Shown here: positions 47,154 to 56,246 of the stretch, one piece after another | Numbering within the stretch: position 1 is the stretch's first letter | Layout: each line of letters begins with the position of its first letter | IMG/VR virus record: IMGVR_UViG_3300020576_006967 | Coordinates: 96,001-160,000 of that record | Strand: one strand, 5' to 3' | Source of the DNA: a virus | Lineage: Duplodnaviria; Caudoviricetes | DNA: 64,000 nucleotides | Translations under genes and position numbers: made by a program | The notes under the pieces: model-generated | The model's database searches: none | Told to the model about the DNA's origin: nothing | What the model saw: the letters and a program-made list of their open reading frames with translations, nothing else

Positions 47154-47158
47154 AAAAT

Positions 47159-47467
47159 ATGAACTTAAATAAATTAAAAGAAATTCTAAATTACAACATG
47201 ATATCTGATGATCAAAAGGAAGATCTTATAATTGAATGTCTTTCTTCTGATGAAAAAATTATTCCGATCATCATGAAAATTTTAGATAAAGAGAGGTCAT
47301 CAAAAAAAGAAATTGTGAGAGAGTTGAATAACCTGGTTTCAAAGGCAGAAGCCGCATTGGGCACTCCTCGTCTTAACAAAGAAGGGTTTATTCAAAAAGA
47401 AATAAATGACTTTTTTAAAAAACATGAAGAAACAAAAGGGGTTTTTCACGCATATAAAGAACAGTAA
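47159..47467 (+). CDS. hypothetical protein
   Basis: ORF. Confidence 0.65.
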   Translation: MNLNKLKEILNYNMISDDQKEDLIIECLSSDEKIIPIIMKILDKERSSKKEIVRELNNLVSKAEAALGTPRLNKEGFIQKEINDFFKKHEETKGVFHAYKEQ

Positions 47468-47697
47468 TGACCCCTGAAGAATATATAGCTGAAAAGATGA
47501 AGGAATTTGCATCAAACATTGACGAGTTTGATGTTGGCTGCGAGGTTAAAGATTCAAATGGTGTTGTGTGCTCTGTAAAAGAAAAAACAGCAAATTCTAT
47601 TTGTGTATATATAAAAATAAAAACAGATAGAGGTTTAGTGGAAGGAACCCAGTGGTATGATATGAGAGATTTTAATAAAAGGTTTAAAAAAATATGA
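47467..47697 (+). CDS. hypothetical protein
   Basis: TAATG-coupled ORF. Confidence 0.6.
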   Translation: MTPEEYIAEKMKEFASNIDEFDVGCEVKDSNGVVCSVKEKTANSICVYIKIKTDRGLVEGTQWYDMRDFNKRFKKI

Positions 47698-47723
47698 AAC
47701 CTTCCTTGTTTTTTTGCGTATAA
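47695..47723 (+). promoter_or_regulatory. ECF-sigma-like phage promoter
   Basis: TGAAAC-N16-CGTATAA. Confidence 0.75.
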
Positions 47724-47840
47724 AAGGTCATGATACAAGTCGGCAATAATATTTATCACCTTTCTCCAATGGGTTGGATTTTGTGTGGTAAAGTTAAAAT
47801 TGGCTCAGATGGGCCTTTTGTCGAATGGTATGAATAACAA

Positions 47841-47940
47841 GGCGGTTTCTTTGTAGAATACGTTCAGCTTAGGGCGTATGCAGGTTTTGACGAGGATAAG
47901 CGCTCGTTGAGTTTAGGTTCGAACCCACCAACCGCCACGA
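47841..47940 (+). ncRNA. atypical tRNA-like RNA or pseudo-tRNA
   Basis: Acceptor-like stem GGCGGTT/AACCGCC + A-CGA, T-loop GGTTCGAACCC, three internal hairpins, no canonical anticodon arm. Confidence 0.55.
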
Positions 47941-47950
47941 TATTATAAAA

Positions 47951-48370
47951 ATGAAAAGTGAAATGCTAGATAATTTGCGCAAGCATCTTGATTCCGAAGA
48001 AGGAAAAAAACAGATGAAAGAGTGGTTTGAAAAAGAAGCCAGACTTGTCGCTATTCACAATTCTCAACTGGAAAGATTTAAAAATAAGTTTGGTCACAGA
48101 CTCTCTGAACTTATCGAAAAAATTAAAATTAAGTATCGCTCAGATAAATATTATACATCCTGGATAAAAAGAGGCATTGAACCGCCTGAAGATCTATATT
48201 TCTTTTTATTTGATTATGCTGAAAAATATGGCAGAGAGGCCACAGAAGAAGAGTTTAAGGATTATAGTAACATGTTCACTGGTGAGCTGTATTTTATTGA
48301 TGGTTTCTTTTTTAATAAAATGAATGGTCAGGGCACAGTGGTTCAAATAGAAAAAAAGCGTGAAATCTAA
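47951..48370 (+). CDS. hypothetical protein
   Basis: ORF. Confidence 0.7.
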   Translation: MKSEMLDNLRKHLDSEEGKKQMKEWFEKEARLVAIHNSQLERFKNKFGHRLSELIEKIKIKYRSDKYYTSWIKRGIEPPEDLYFFLFDYAEKYGREATEEEFKDYSNMFTGELYFIDGFFFNKMNGQGTVVQIEKKREI

Positions 48371-48941
48371 AGAAGAAATAGATATTGAAAAGGGTAGACT
48401 TAGGAAACTTAAAGAAGTTCTTCCTGAGTTTTCTTTATTTGGAGATTCCAATCATTTAACTATTGATGCCCAGATTGATGTTTTGGATGGTATTATTTCC
48501 GACGAAGACGAAGCCTGGGAAAGAGAAGATGATCTTGGAGAGGGCGTTATGGATGTCATAGATGCCATTAATTGGCTCAGTGGTAATTACGATGGTTCCT
48601 TAGTAAACGACCATGATTTGGTGCCTAAGAAGCCAAAAAAAGACCCATTAGAGGTGCTTAGAACAAGATGGAGAAGGTGGATTGGACAAAAATGTCGTAT
48701 TGATAAAAATGGCTGGGTGGATTTATTTCATTCCGATTGGGCAAGTTGGCCAAACAACGTAAAGAAAAGAAATAATTTACCTTATAAACATTTAAATTGG
48801 GCAACATCTGGGGCTGCTGAACTTTACGCTCACTTTTTGGAATCTATAAATGTGGCAAGCATTGATGAATTAAGAACGCTTGATAATATTTATGTTGAAA
48901 ACAATTTTGAAAAAATTGAAAACAGGAAAAAAAGAAAATAA
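48360..48941 (+). CDS. hypothetical protein
   Basis: GTG-start ORF, 193 aa. Confidence 0.65.
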   Translation: MKSKEEIDIEKGRLRKLKEVLPEFSLFGDSNHLTIDAQIDVLDGIISDEDEAWEREDDLGEGVMDVIDAINWLSGNYDGSLVNDHDLVPKKPKKDPLEVLRTRWRRWIGQKCRIDKNGWVDLFHSDWASWPNNVKKRNNLPYKHLNWATSGAAELYAHFLESINVASIDELRTLDNIYVENNFEKIENRKKRK

Positions 48942-49123
48942 TGGACTGGAATTTATTTGTATTTAAAAAAGGTTTTAAGCATTATTTGGTTCCTGCCGAA
49001 TCTGAAGAGAACGCCTGGGAGCTTTTACAAAAGAAGTTGAGTTGGAAAATGGAAGTTGTTAAAAAAACGTGTGAGCTAGTTGAAATTATGAATTGCAATA
49101 GTGAAATTTTATCTTTAAAATAA
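48941..49123 (+). CDS. hypothetical protein
   Basis: TAATG-coupled ORF. Confidence 0.6.
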   Translation: MDWNLFVFKKGFKHYLVPAESEENAWELLQKKLSWKMEVVKKTCELVEIMNCNSEILSLK

Positions 49124-49260
49124 CCAATTAAAATGACAGACAAACAAATAGTATACACAGTTTTAATTGGCACTGCAACAATGTTTATTTCAGTGTGTGT
49201 TTTTTTAATATTTTTCATAAGGAAACATAACAAAAAAATTAAAGAAAAAAACCTCTCTAA

Positions 49261-49500
49261 ATGATTAAGGTTCCAAGAAAAAAGAAAAAACAAATTCCAG
49301 AAGGAGTATATTGTTATACGATGACTTCTGGTTTTAAAGAACTTGGTGGTGGTGAATATGGCTATACAATTAAGTCTTGCCCTTTTTACAAACATGTTGA
49401 AGGTATTGAGGGCCATTGTAAACTTTTAAATTGTGAAACAGAAGACCAGTTAAAAGATTGTGGAATAAAAGATAAAATAAAATTTAATGAGACAATTTAA
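49261..49500 (+). CDS. Cys-containing small protein
   Basis: IPEGVYCY...CPFY...C...DQLKDCG. Confidence 0.65.
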   Translation: MIKVPRKKKKQIPEGVYCYTMTSGFKELGGGEYGYTIKSCPFYKHVEGIEGHCKLLNCETEDQLKDCGIKDKIKFNETI

Positions 49501-49885
49501 ACCAGTGTACGGACCAAAGGTGGATCTTGATGACCCTGAAACTTACGATTATCTTCCTAAAACAGAGAAAGAGTTAGATGCACTTATGTTTAGAGAAATT
49601 GGATATGCACTTGTGTATATGGATTATTTTAAAGATAGAAGAAAGTTTTTTCCAAAAAGAAAAAATAAATCTGACATGGTAAGATTTTGCGATATCTTCA
49701 CAGATAAAAAATACGCAAAAAATACGACTCTCATAGATGTAAACAACGCAGCTTATGACCAAAGACAAAGAGTACAAAAATTGATTCAAAGTTTTGCGGA
49801 CAATAGAAGAAACAACCACGGCAACGTTCTATGGTATCAGGAACAAATCTTTTTATTTCAAGATGAAATAGAAAATATGTGTTAA
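49487..49885 (+). CDS. hypothetical protein
   Basis: ORF. Confidence 0.65.
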   Translation: MRQFKPVYGPKVDLDDPETYDYLPKTEKELDALMFREIGYALVYMDYFKDRRKFFPKRKNKSDMVRFCDIFTDKKYAKNTTLIDVNNAAYDQRQRVQKLIQSFADNRRNNHGNVLWYQEQIFLFQDEIENMC

Positions 49886-49900
49886 TTAAAAAAACAAACC

Positions 49901-50518
49901 ATGATAGTAAGCAAAATTAAATTTCCAAAATTTACAGGCATTAAATGTATTATGATGCCTTTTATCCAGGGTGATAGCTCTTCACTTCCTGAAATCTATA
50001 AACCATACAAAAAAATTATAGATGAGAACTTTTTAGAGAAAGGTCAAATTGGTTTTTTAACCATTGATGAAGATTTTGTTGAGGGCGGTAAATCACAACG
50101 TGGCTATAACGATGCTGGTATAACCCGCAACGTTCACATTGAGGTTGGTAGAACAAAAATGGGAAATCGCTGGGGCAGTGGCGGCGGAAGCTCATGGGGT
50201 GGAAAAAGAAGCACTCGTTTAAAAGACAGCACAATGGTTTTGATCGCCAATAGCATTTCAGATACTTGTCGTGTATGGAATACAAAAGATAAATCTTATA
50301 CAAAAAACGGAGATCTAAGTAAGTACATTGACAAATATCCTGAAAACACAGGTATTACTATGAAAAAAGGAGAGCTGGCAAAAATAAGCATATTTACTCC
50401 ACACGAATGTGTGCCACAAAAAAAACCAGGACAAAGACAATTTTTTAGAATTGTTGGTAAAGGTGTTACTGGTCGTGAAAAATACTTCACAGTTAATCCA
50501 TTGGTGTCAATCAAATAA
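49901..50518 (+). CDS. possible 2OG-Fe(II) dioxygenase-like protein
   Basis: YLTIDE-like FLTIDE, VHIE (HxE), distal PHE, RQFFR. Confidence 0.5.
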   Translation: MIVSKIKFPKFTGIKCIMMPFIQGDSSSLPEIYKPYKKIIDENFLEKGQIGFLTIDEDFVEGGKSQRGYNDAGITRNVHIEVGRTKMGNRWGSGGGSSWGGKRSTRLKDSTMVLIANSISDTCRVWNTKDKSYTKNGDLSKYIDKYPENTGITMKKGELAKISIFTPHECVPQKKPGQRQFFRIVGKGVTGREKYFTVNPLVSIK

Positions 50519-50521
50519 GTT

Positions 50522-50707
50522 ATGAAGCTAAAAGATTATATCAAACAACTTAAAAAAATAAAACCAGAGCTACAAGATGTGGATGTTAAAGTTGTGGCGG
50601 AAAACGGTTTGCTGTTTGACCCTAAAGCGAAATTTGTTTTAAAAGATCCAATGGATCCTTTAAATATTAGCAAAAAAAATGTAGAAACGATTGTTATAAC
50701 TTACTAA
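50522..50707 (+). CDS. hypothetical protein
   Basis: ORF. Confidence 0.6.
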   Translation: MKLKDYIKQLKKIKPELQDVDVKVVAENGLLFDPKAKFVLKDPMDPLNISKKNVETIVITY

Positions 50708-50935
50708 AAAAAATATGATTCCAAGAAATTGCCAGGAAGTAATTGCTTCCATGATTGAAAAAGTTCCTGTTGACAAAGAAGATTTTATCAGAGATCTAAA
50801 TTGGAATTTAAAAGATGCCATATATAAAGCCCCAGAAGAAACATTGCAATGGCATAGAACTCAGCAAACTTTGATTGCACATATTCCAAGACCAAAACAA
50901 GAGTGGGAGTTCGAAGTTGTCAGCATTTTTACAAC

Positions 50936-51642
50936 GGTTGGGTGTATATGTAGTGGTGGATAAAGACCAGAAATGTTTGATTAACCACAAAACATCATAG
51001 AAAGCACAAATCTTGAAATCACATACAAAACCACCATTACATATACACCTTGTTATGTGTAGGTGTGGTTAATTAAGGTAGAGTGTTTAATCGGAGAACT
51101 GAACAAAAATTTTAAAAGAAAAAGAAGGGTGGGAAGTTTTAATTCTTAATATTTATATATAAAGAAAACAAATATATGAAAGATTTGAGAAAATTTATTA
51201 AAACCACTATACGAGAGTTTTTGAATGAGAATATTCAAAATTACGATATTGTATATAGAGGACAACCTGATGATGTAGATGATATTTCACCAAAAAAATC
51301 AATTTGGGTTACTTATGATTATGATTTTGCGAATGAATATGGTAATGTTAAAAAATATAAATTACCAAAAAATCTAAATATTTTAGATACTGATTATTAT
51401 AGTGAATGGGAAAGTTTGGTTGATGAATTTGATGAAGATGGTGATTATGATGAGTATAAATATGAACCAACTGATGAATTTATATCCTTTTTAAGTTCAA
51501 AAGGGTATGATGGATTTATGAATGGTGATAATATTTTAATATTTAATAAATTTCTATTGAAATAAAAGTGGGTGGGATTTTTCTTTTAAAATTTTCAACC
51601 GAAATGTTGATTAGAACAATTAACGGAACACTTACACATAAC
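50936..51642 (-). mobile_element. 707-bp integron-cassette-like element with attC-like hairpin
   Basis: AAC at both junctions; inverted repeats 50941-50959/51031-51049, 51052-51066/51628-51642 and 51106-51123/51578-51595. Confidence 0.7.
51176..51565 (+). CDS. ADP-ribosyltransferase-like protein (ART-PolyVal-like), cassette cargo
   Basis: VYRG, IWVT.D..FA.EYG, NILD, KGYDG..ILIF; leader LRKFIKTTIREFLNE. Confidence 0.6.
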   Translation: MKDLRKFIKTTIREFLNENIQNYDIVYRGQPDDVDDISPKKSIWVTYDYDFANEYGNVKKYKLPKNLNILDTDYYSEWESLVDEFDEDGDYDEYKYEPTDEFISFLSSKGYDGFMNGDNILIFNKFLLK

Positions 51643-51714
51643 TAGACCTGTAGACGAACTTAAAGCTATGTACCCTTAAAAAAATCAAATAACTTCCTAT
51701 TTATTTAGAAAGTT

Positions 51715-52068
51715 ATGGATATTTTTAAAGATATAAGTGGTGAAATTCAGTTATTTTTTACTGGGTTAAATTGGACATATATTTTCATTTTTATAATGGT
51801 TCTCTATGGAATCAAGTATAAGCCAGAATTCCACTGGTACAATTCTCTTTTGCACAAATTAGGTGCTTCAAAGTTTAAAGTGTGGATCGCTGGTATCGTT
51901 ATAGGTATCTTTTTTTGCATTTTTAGACACTCAGACGGTGTTTTACCTCTTAATAGCTTATATGTGTCCAGTTTGTTAAGAAGTTGGATTGTAGCCATCG
52001 TATTCAATTCTTTGGCAAGCTTAAAAATTCAGCAAATAGACAAATCTGAAGATCCAAAAAAAGATTAG
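51715..52068 (+). CDS. membrane protein (holin-like size, 3 TM)
   Basis: Three hydrophobic helices, charged C-terminus, TATTTAT upstream. Confidence 0.55.
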   Translation: MDIFKDISGEIQLFFTGLNWTYIFIFIMVLYGIKYKPEFHWYNSLLHKLGASKFKVWIAGIVIGIFFCIFRHSDGVLPLNSLYVSSLLRSWIVAIVFNSLASLKIQQIDKSEDPKKD

Positions 52069-52105
52069 GTTTTGGAATTTTTGAATTTAATGTTTATATT
52101 TTATA

Positions 52106-52492
52106 ATGTTGTTACCAACCGTTAAAATAATAAACTCAGAGGTCCGTCAAATTACAGAGTGGCTTCTTTTAAGTGAATTCTATTGTCTTGTTGAAAAATC
52201 CAGACTTCTATTACTTTCCTCCACAAATTTAGAAGAGCTTGAAGAAGCTAAAATGTCAGTTGATGACATGGCAAATTTTTTATTAAAGATTTTGCTTAAA
52301 AATTTAATTGAACCAGATGATTTGTCATCTTATGAAATACCAATAATTTACAGAAAAATACAGCCAGAGAACGGCTATAATGCTGGTTACTATTTAAACA
52401 TGTGTTCTCTATATTTACTTCATGCAAACTTGTTTAATTATATTGTGGATGGTAGATATAAAGAATTTAGAAAGAAAAATCAAGGTTGGTAA
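52106..52492 (+). CDS. hypothetical protein
   Basis: ORF. Confidence 0.55.
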   Translation: MLLPTVKIINSEVRQITEWLLLSEFYCLVEKSRLLLLSSTNLEELEEAKMSVDDMANFLLKILLKNLIEPDDLSSYEIPIIYRKIQPENGYNAGYYLNMCSLYLLHANLFNYIVDGRYKEFRKKNQGW

Positions 52493-52650
52493 GATTTTCT
52501 AATTTGATAAGCTTTAAACTCATCTAAAATAGTAAAACCAGGAGGTGGTTCTATTTGTGAAAAATGTTTCCAATAACCTTCTCTTTGTTCTAAGATGGTG
52601 AAGTGTATTTTTTGTTTTTCTAACCAGTCGTTTACATGTAAAACTTCCAT
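52480..52650 (-). CDS. small MEVLHVNDW-motif protein (56 aa)
   Basis: Translated by hand: MEVLHVNDWLEKQK... Confidence 0.6.
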   Translation of the reverse strand: MEVLHVNDWLEKQKIHFTILEQREGYWKHFSQIEPPPGFTILDEFKAYQIRKSYQP

Positions 52651-52868
52651 TATTTATTTTTTACTTTAAAAACCAATTTATCATCTTCTAACAAAAATCT
52701 GGGTGTATTAAACACAATTTCGTATGTGCCGCCTCCAGAATCAGCATGTCCAGCAATTACCCTGCTAAACCTTTCTGCTTTTCTGTCTTTTTCTTTTTCT
52801 TCCTGTTGTTTAATATACTTTTTAATTTTTTCTACTTCCATCCAGATATTAATATTTAGTACTTCCAT
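52650..52868 (-). CDS. small MEVLxI-motif protein
   Basis: MEVLNINIWMEV; TAATG coupling. Confidence 0.55.
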   Translation of the reverse strand: MEVLNINIWMEVEKIKKYIKQQEEKEKDRKAERFSRVIAGHADSGGGTYEIVFNTPRFLLEDDKLVFKVKNK

Positions 52869-52950
52869 ACTTTTTTTATTTAACAAATATAATAAAAAAA
52901 TTGTTTGTATAGGATTTTATTGCTAAATTTGTTTGACCAACAAGATTGTC

Positions 52951-53901
52951 ATGAAAAACCACATTGTAGAAAAAATAAACCCGCACTCCAAAAATGAACC
53001 ACCAACCTACACTGTATATGAAAATTTAGACAAAGATTTAAAGGCACAAATACAAAGTTTTGAATTTGATAACACCAAAGTTGTTATAGGACTTCCAAGA
53101 GAGGAATGGAATATTGTTGAGTGGGAAGAAGAAGAAGTAAAATGTCAGAGAGGCAGGAACATACACTATTATAAAAAAGAAGAAGTCGAGCAACACCTAC
53201 AGGAGGATTTTGAAAAAGCTCTCAACAAAAAATTTCCAGCTTATATGTATTTTAAAAAAGTATTTGGTGTTTTATCTTTTTATCAAGAACAAATACATAA
53301 CACAACCACCTATTATAGTTTAAACAAAATTGATTTAAACAAATTATTATATTTTAATTTAAACAATTCAGAAGAATCACATGTTGATACAACGAGTGTA
53401 CAACATTACAACAATATAACATGTTACAATTTAAGGGTTTACGAAAATGGTTTAGATTTGAATGTGAGTGGCCATGGTCAAAGCTTGAATTTATATTTTA
53501 ACAGAGAAGGCAACTTCGTAAATCGTGATTACAATACAAATTTATCCATTTATGAAAGGAAGGATATAGATCCCATTGAGCTGTATAAAAAGGCGTGCGA
53601 AACAATTTTAGGAACACAAGGACCGTTTCAATATTATAAAGGAAAATTTTTTACAGAAAATGTTTGTTATATAATTTCTAAAAATGAAGAAAGCTTTAAA
53701 AGCGGTATTACTTTAAACGGTTTCAAGTCTGAATATGGGCGTGATACTTTTAGAATTTGTGAAGGTAGAAAATACACAACAGTGAAAAGGCCAAAAAAAT
53801 TTGAAATGAAGACCACTCAAGATTTATTGGAGTTTTTTATTTCTGAAATTCCAAAAAAAATGTTACACGAATTTAACATTAAGATAAAAGAAAATGCTTG
53901 A
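52951..53901 (+). CDS. hypothetical protein
   Basis: 316-aa ORF after TAAATTTG promoter element. Confidence 0.75.
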   Translation: MKNHIVEKINPHSKNEPPTYTVYENLDKDLKAQIQSFEFDNTKVVIGLPREEWNIVEWEEEEVKCQRGRNIHYYKKEEVEQHLQEDFEKALNKKFPAYMYFKKVFGVLSFYQEQIHNTTTYYSLNKIDLNKLLYFNLNNSEESHVDTTSVQHYNNITCYNLRVYENGLDLNVSGHGQSLNLYFNREGNFVNRDYNTNLSIYERKDIDPIELYKKACETILGTQGPFQYYKGKFFTENVCYIISKNEESFKSGITLNGFKSEYGRDTFRICEGRKYTTVKRPKKFEMKTTQDLLEFFISEIPKKMLHEFNIKIKENA

Positions 53902-54109
53902 TAATTTCACAGAAAATGATTGGAACCACATGCATGATTGTATATTGGATGCCACCTGGAGTACAACGAAACTAAGCATGTCTCAAAAGGCAATGGAAAA
54001 TTTATTTGAATCTCTGCCAGAAGATTTGCAAGACGAAGCAATACATTGGGGCATGAATGATACTGTGTGGAGAGATAATTTTATTCAATGGTATAAAGAA
54101 AATTTTTAA
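53894..54109 (+). CDS. hypothetical protein
   Basis: LPEDLQ.EA..WGMNDTVWRD. Confidence 0.65.
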   Translation: MLDNFTENDWNHMHDCILDATWSTTKLSMSQKAMENLFESLPEDLQDEAIHWGMNDTVWRDNFIQWYKENF

Positions 54110-54111
54110 TT

Positions 54112-54315
54112 ATGGCAACAATACAATTAGAAATAAAAAGCTGTCAAGAATGTCCCCACTTTAAAACAGAAAATCAATATTCCACAGATGGCTGGGATAG
54201 AATGGAAGATTGGATATGTACAAAAACAGAGCCAGAAAAAAAGATACAAGGCGCTGTGGAGTGGCATGAAGAAAAACACATTAAAGTTCCAGAATGGTGT
54301 CCGATAAAAATATAA
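54112..54315 (+). CDS. small zinc-binding protein
   Basis: SCQECPHF...C...PEWCPI. Confidence 0.65.
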   Translation: MATIQLEIKSCQECPHFKTENQYSTDGWDRMEDWICTKTEPEKKIQGAVEWHEEKHIKVPEWCPIKI

Positions 54316-54424
54316 AACCATGTACTTGGTACTGGGTAGAGTTGGCCATGAAGATTGTGGCAAAGGATTTACGTGCACCATTGTGCGTTAGACAAGGATT
54401 GGTTAAACCTAAAAAAAATAAAAA

Positions 54425-54691
54425 ATGACAGCAATTGAGTTATACAGATTTCTTCACAACAACAGAATAGAATGGCATTATTCCGAAAATGGCAACGAAA
54501 AAGATGTTATCATATTTGTGGAATATTATAATGTTGAAAATTTTAGAAAGATATTGTCAGCTTCCATGTTTGATGATGAAGGTATTGAGTGTAGTATGAA
54601 AGATGGTTATTTTTGTTTTTGGATGAAATACATTTGTGAATATTACGGCATTGAATTAAGTGAGGTTTTTATTAAAGAAGAAGAACAATGA
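54425..54691 (+). CDS. hypothetical protein
   Basis: ATGA-coupled ORF. Confidence 0.65.
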   Translation: MTAIELYRFLHNNRIEWHYSENGNEKDVIIFVEYYNVENFRKILSASMFDDEGIECSMKDGYFCFWMKYICEYYGIELSEVFIKEEEQ

Positions 54692-55869
54692 AAAAAATAA
54701 TTGTATTAGGTGCAGGAATGGTTGGCAGCGCAATTGCTATTGATCTATCAAAAAAATATGAAGTCACGTTGTTTGACAAATCACTCGATCAAGTTGAAAG
54801 AGTGAAAGAAAAACACCCTCAAATAAATATAGGCACATGTGATGTTACAGATGAGCATCAATTGGTAAGCATGACAATAGACTGCGATTTGGTTGTATGT
54901 GCGGTTCCAGGATTTCTAGGCTTTCAAACAATAAAGTGGTTAATTGAGGGTGGAAAAAACATTGTTGACATTTCATTTTTTCCAGAAAACGCTCTAATGT
55001 TAAACGAACTAGCAGTGCGTAATGGCGTTACAGTTATTGTAGATTGCGGCGTAGCTCCTGGACTTGACAATATAATTATTGGTCACGTCAACAACAACAT
55101 GGAAGTAATCCAAAGCTTTGATTGTGTTGTTGGTGGTTTACCTAAAACTAAAAAATGGCCATTTAACTATAAAGCCCCTTTCTCTCCAGTAGATGTTATA
55201 GAGGAATATACAAGACCAGCAAGATATGTGGAAAACGGAGTTGTTGTTGTAAAAGAAGCTTTGTCAGATATTGAACATGTTGAATTTGATGGTGTGGGCA
55301 CCTTAGAATCTTTTAATTCTGACGGGCTCAGATCTCTCATTTATACAATGAGACATATACCAAATATGAAGGAAAAGACTTTGCGTTATCCTGGTCATGT
55401 TGAATACATAAAGGTTTTAAGAGATAGCGGATTCTTTTCAAAAGAACCTATTATTGTGACCTCTAAAATGATGGGCGAACACAAGTATTCACTTGATGAT
55501 GTATATGTTACTCCGTTAGATGTTACAAGTAAAATTCTTTTTAAAGAATGGAAGCTTAGAGAAACAGAAGAGGAGCTAACTGTGATGCGTGTAACCATTG
55601 TCGGTAAATTTAAAAAAGAAGATGAAAAATTTACAGAGGTGGTCTATAACCTTCACGACGAATTCAACAAAGAAACAAACACATCATCAATGGCAAGGAC
55701 CACTGGGTATACAGCTACAGCAGCTGTTGAATTAATTATTAATGGTTTTGCTAAAGGCATGTATCCTCCTGAGATAGCCGTGCATGCAGCACCTGAATTC
55801 TTCACATTGGTTTTAGATCATCTCGCAGATAGAGGAATAGTTTTAAATGTTACACAAAAAACAATATAA
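54688..55869 (+). CDS. saccharopine dehydrogenase / lysine 6-dehydrogenase family protein
   Basis: GAGMVG Rossmann motif, AVPGFLG, DCGVAPG, VGGLP, EEYTRPAR, EKTLRYPGH, SSMARTTG. Confidence 0.92.
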   Translation: MKKIIVLGAGMVGSAIAIDLSKKYEVTLFDKSLDQVERVKEKHPQINIGTCDVTDEHQLVSMTIDCDLVVCAVPGFLGFQTIKWLIEGGKNIVDISFFPENALMLNELAVRNGVTVIVDCGVAPGLDNIIIGHVNNNMEVIQSFDCVVGGLPKTKKWPFNYKAPFSPVDVIEEYTRPARYVENGVVVVKEALSDIEHVEFDGVGTLESFNSDGLRSLIYTMRHIPNMKEKTLRYPGHVEYIKVLRDSGFFSKEPIIVTSKMMGEHKYSLDDVYVTPLDVTSKILFKEWKLRETEEELTVMRVTIVGKFKKEDEKFTEVVYNLHDEFNKETNTSSMARTTGYTATAAVELIINGFAKGMYPPEIAVHAAPEFFTLVLDHLADRGIVLNVTQKTI

Positions 55870-56049
55870 GTTATGAAAATAATATCAATAATAATTTGGT
55901 TAGTAGTGGTTTTTAATATGTGGATATTCGCCACAAAAACAAAGGTAGAACCTGAAAAATTTAAACACCTTGAATTCAGGGTTAGAAGTATATTTTATTG
56001 GTTAGCTGTAATTAGTTCGTTTTTATTTGGAATTATAGTGTGTAAACAA

Positions 56050-56078
56050 TGAAACCTTTTACAATATAAATCGTATAA
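56050..56078 (+). promoter_or_regulatory. ECF-sigma-like phage promoter
   Basis: TGAAAC-N16-CGTATAA. Confidence 0.75.
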
Positions 56079-56246
56079 ATTAAACCAACTTAAATTCAAT
56101 GACATATTCAGATTTAAATAAAAAAGAAAATTGGACTAAAGCAGAAGCTTTTAAGATGATGATTTATTGTGCAAACACACTTAAAATGGTGCCTAGCAAA
56201 AACAAAATTTCTAAAGCAAAAAAAGCACTTAGTAATTGTAAATAAC

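Larger units (their letters stand above)
50715..51679 (+). pseudogene. small gene interrupted near its 3' end by a cassette (50715-50935 + 51643-51679)
   Basis: Joining the two AAC junctions restores the frame ...SIFTT-RPVDELKAMYP*; the interrupted allele ends VGCICSGG* at 50963. Confidence 0.65.

Noticed and set aside
47841-47940. Canonical tRNA-Gln(TTG)
   Set aside because: The TTTTGAC segment is not enclosed by a 5-bp anticodon stem and the T-stem is mismatched; kept only as a tRNA-like RNA.
50936-51642. IS element or classical MITE
   Set aside because: No transposase, and the two termini are not inverted repeats of each other. The hairpin geometry and AAC/GTT core fit an attC-like cassette better.
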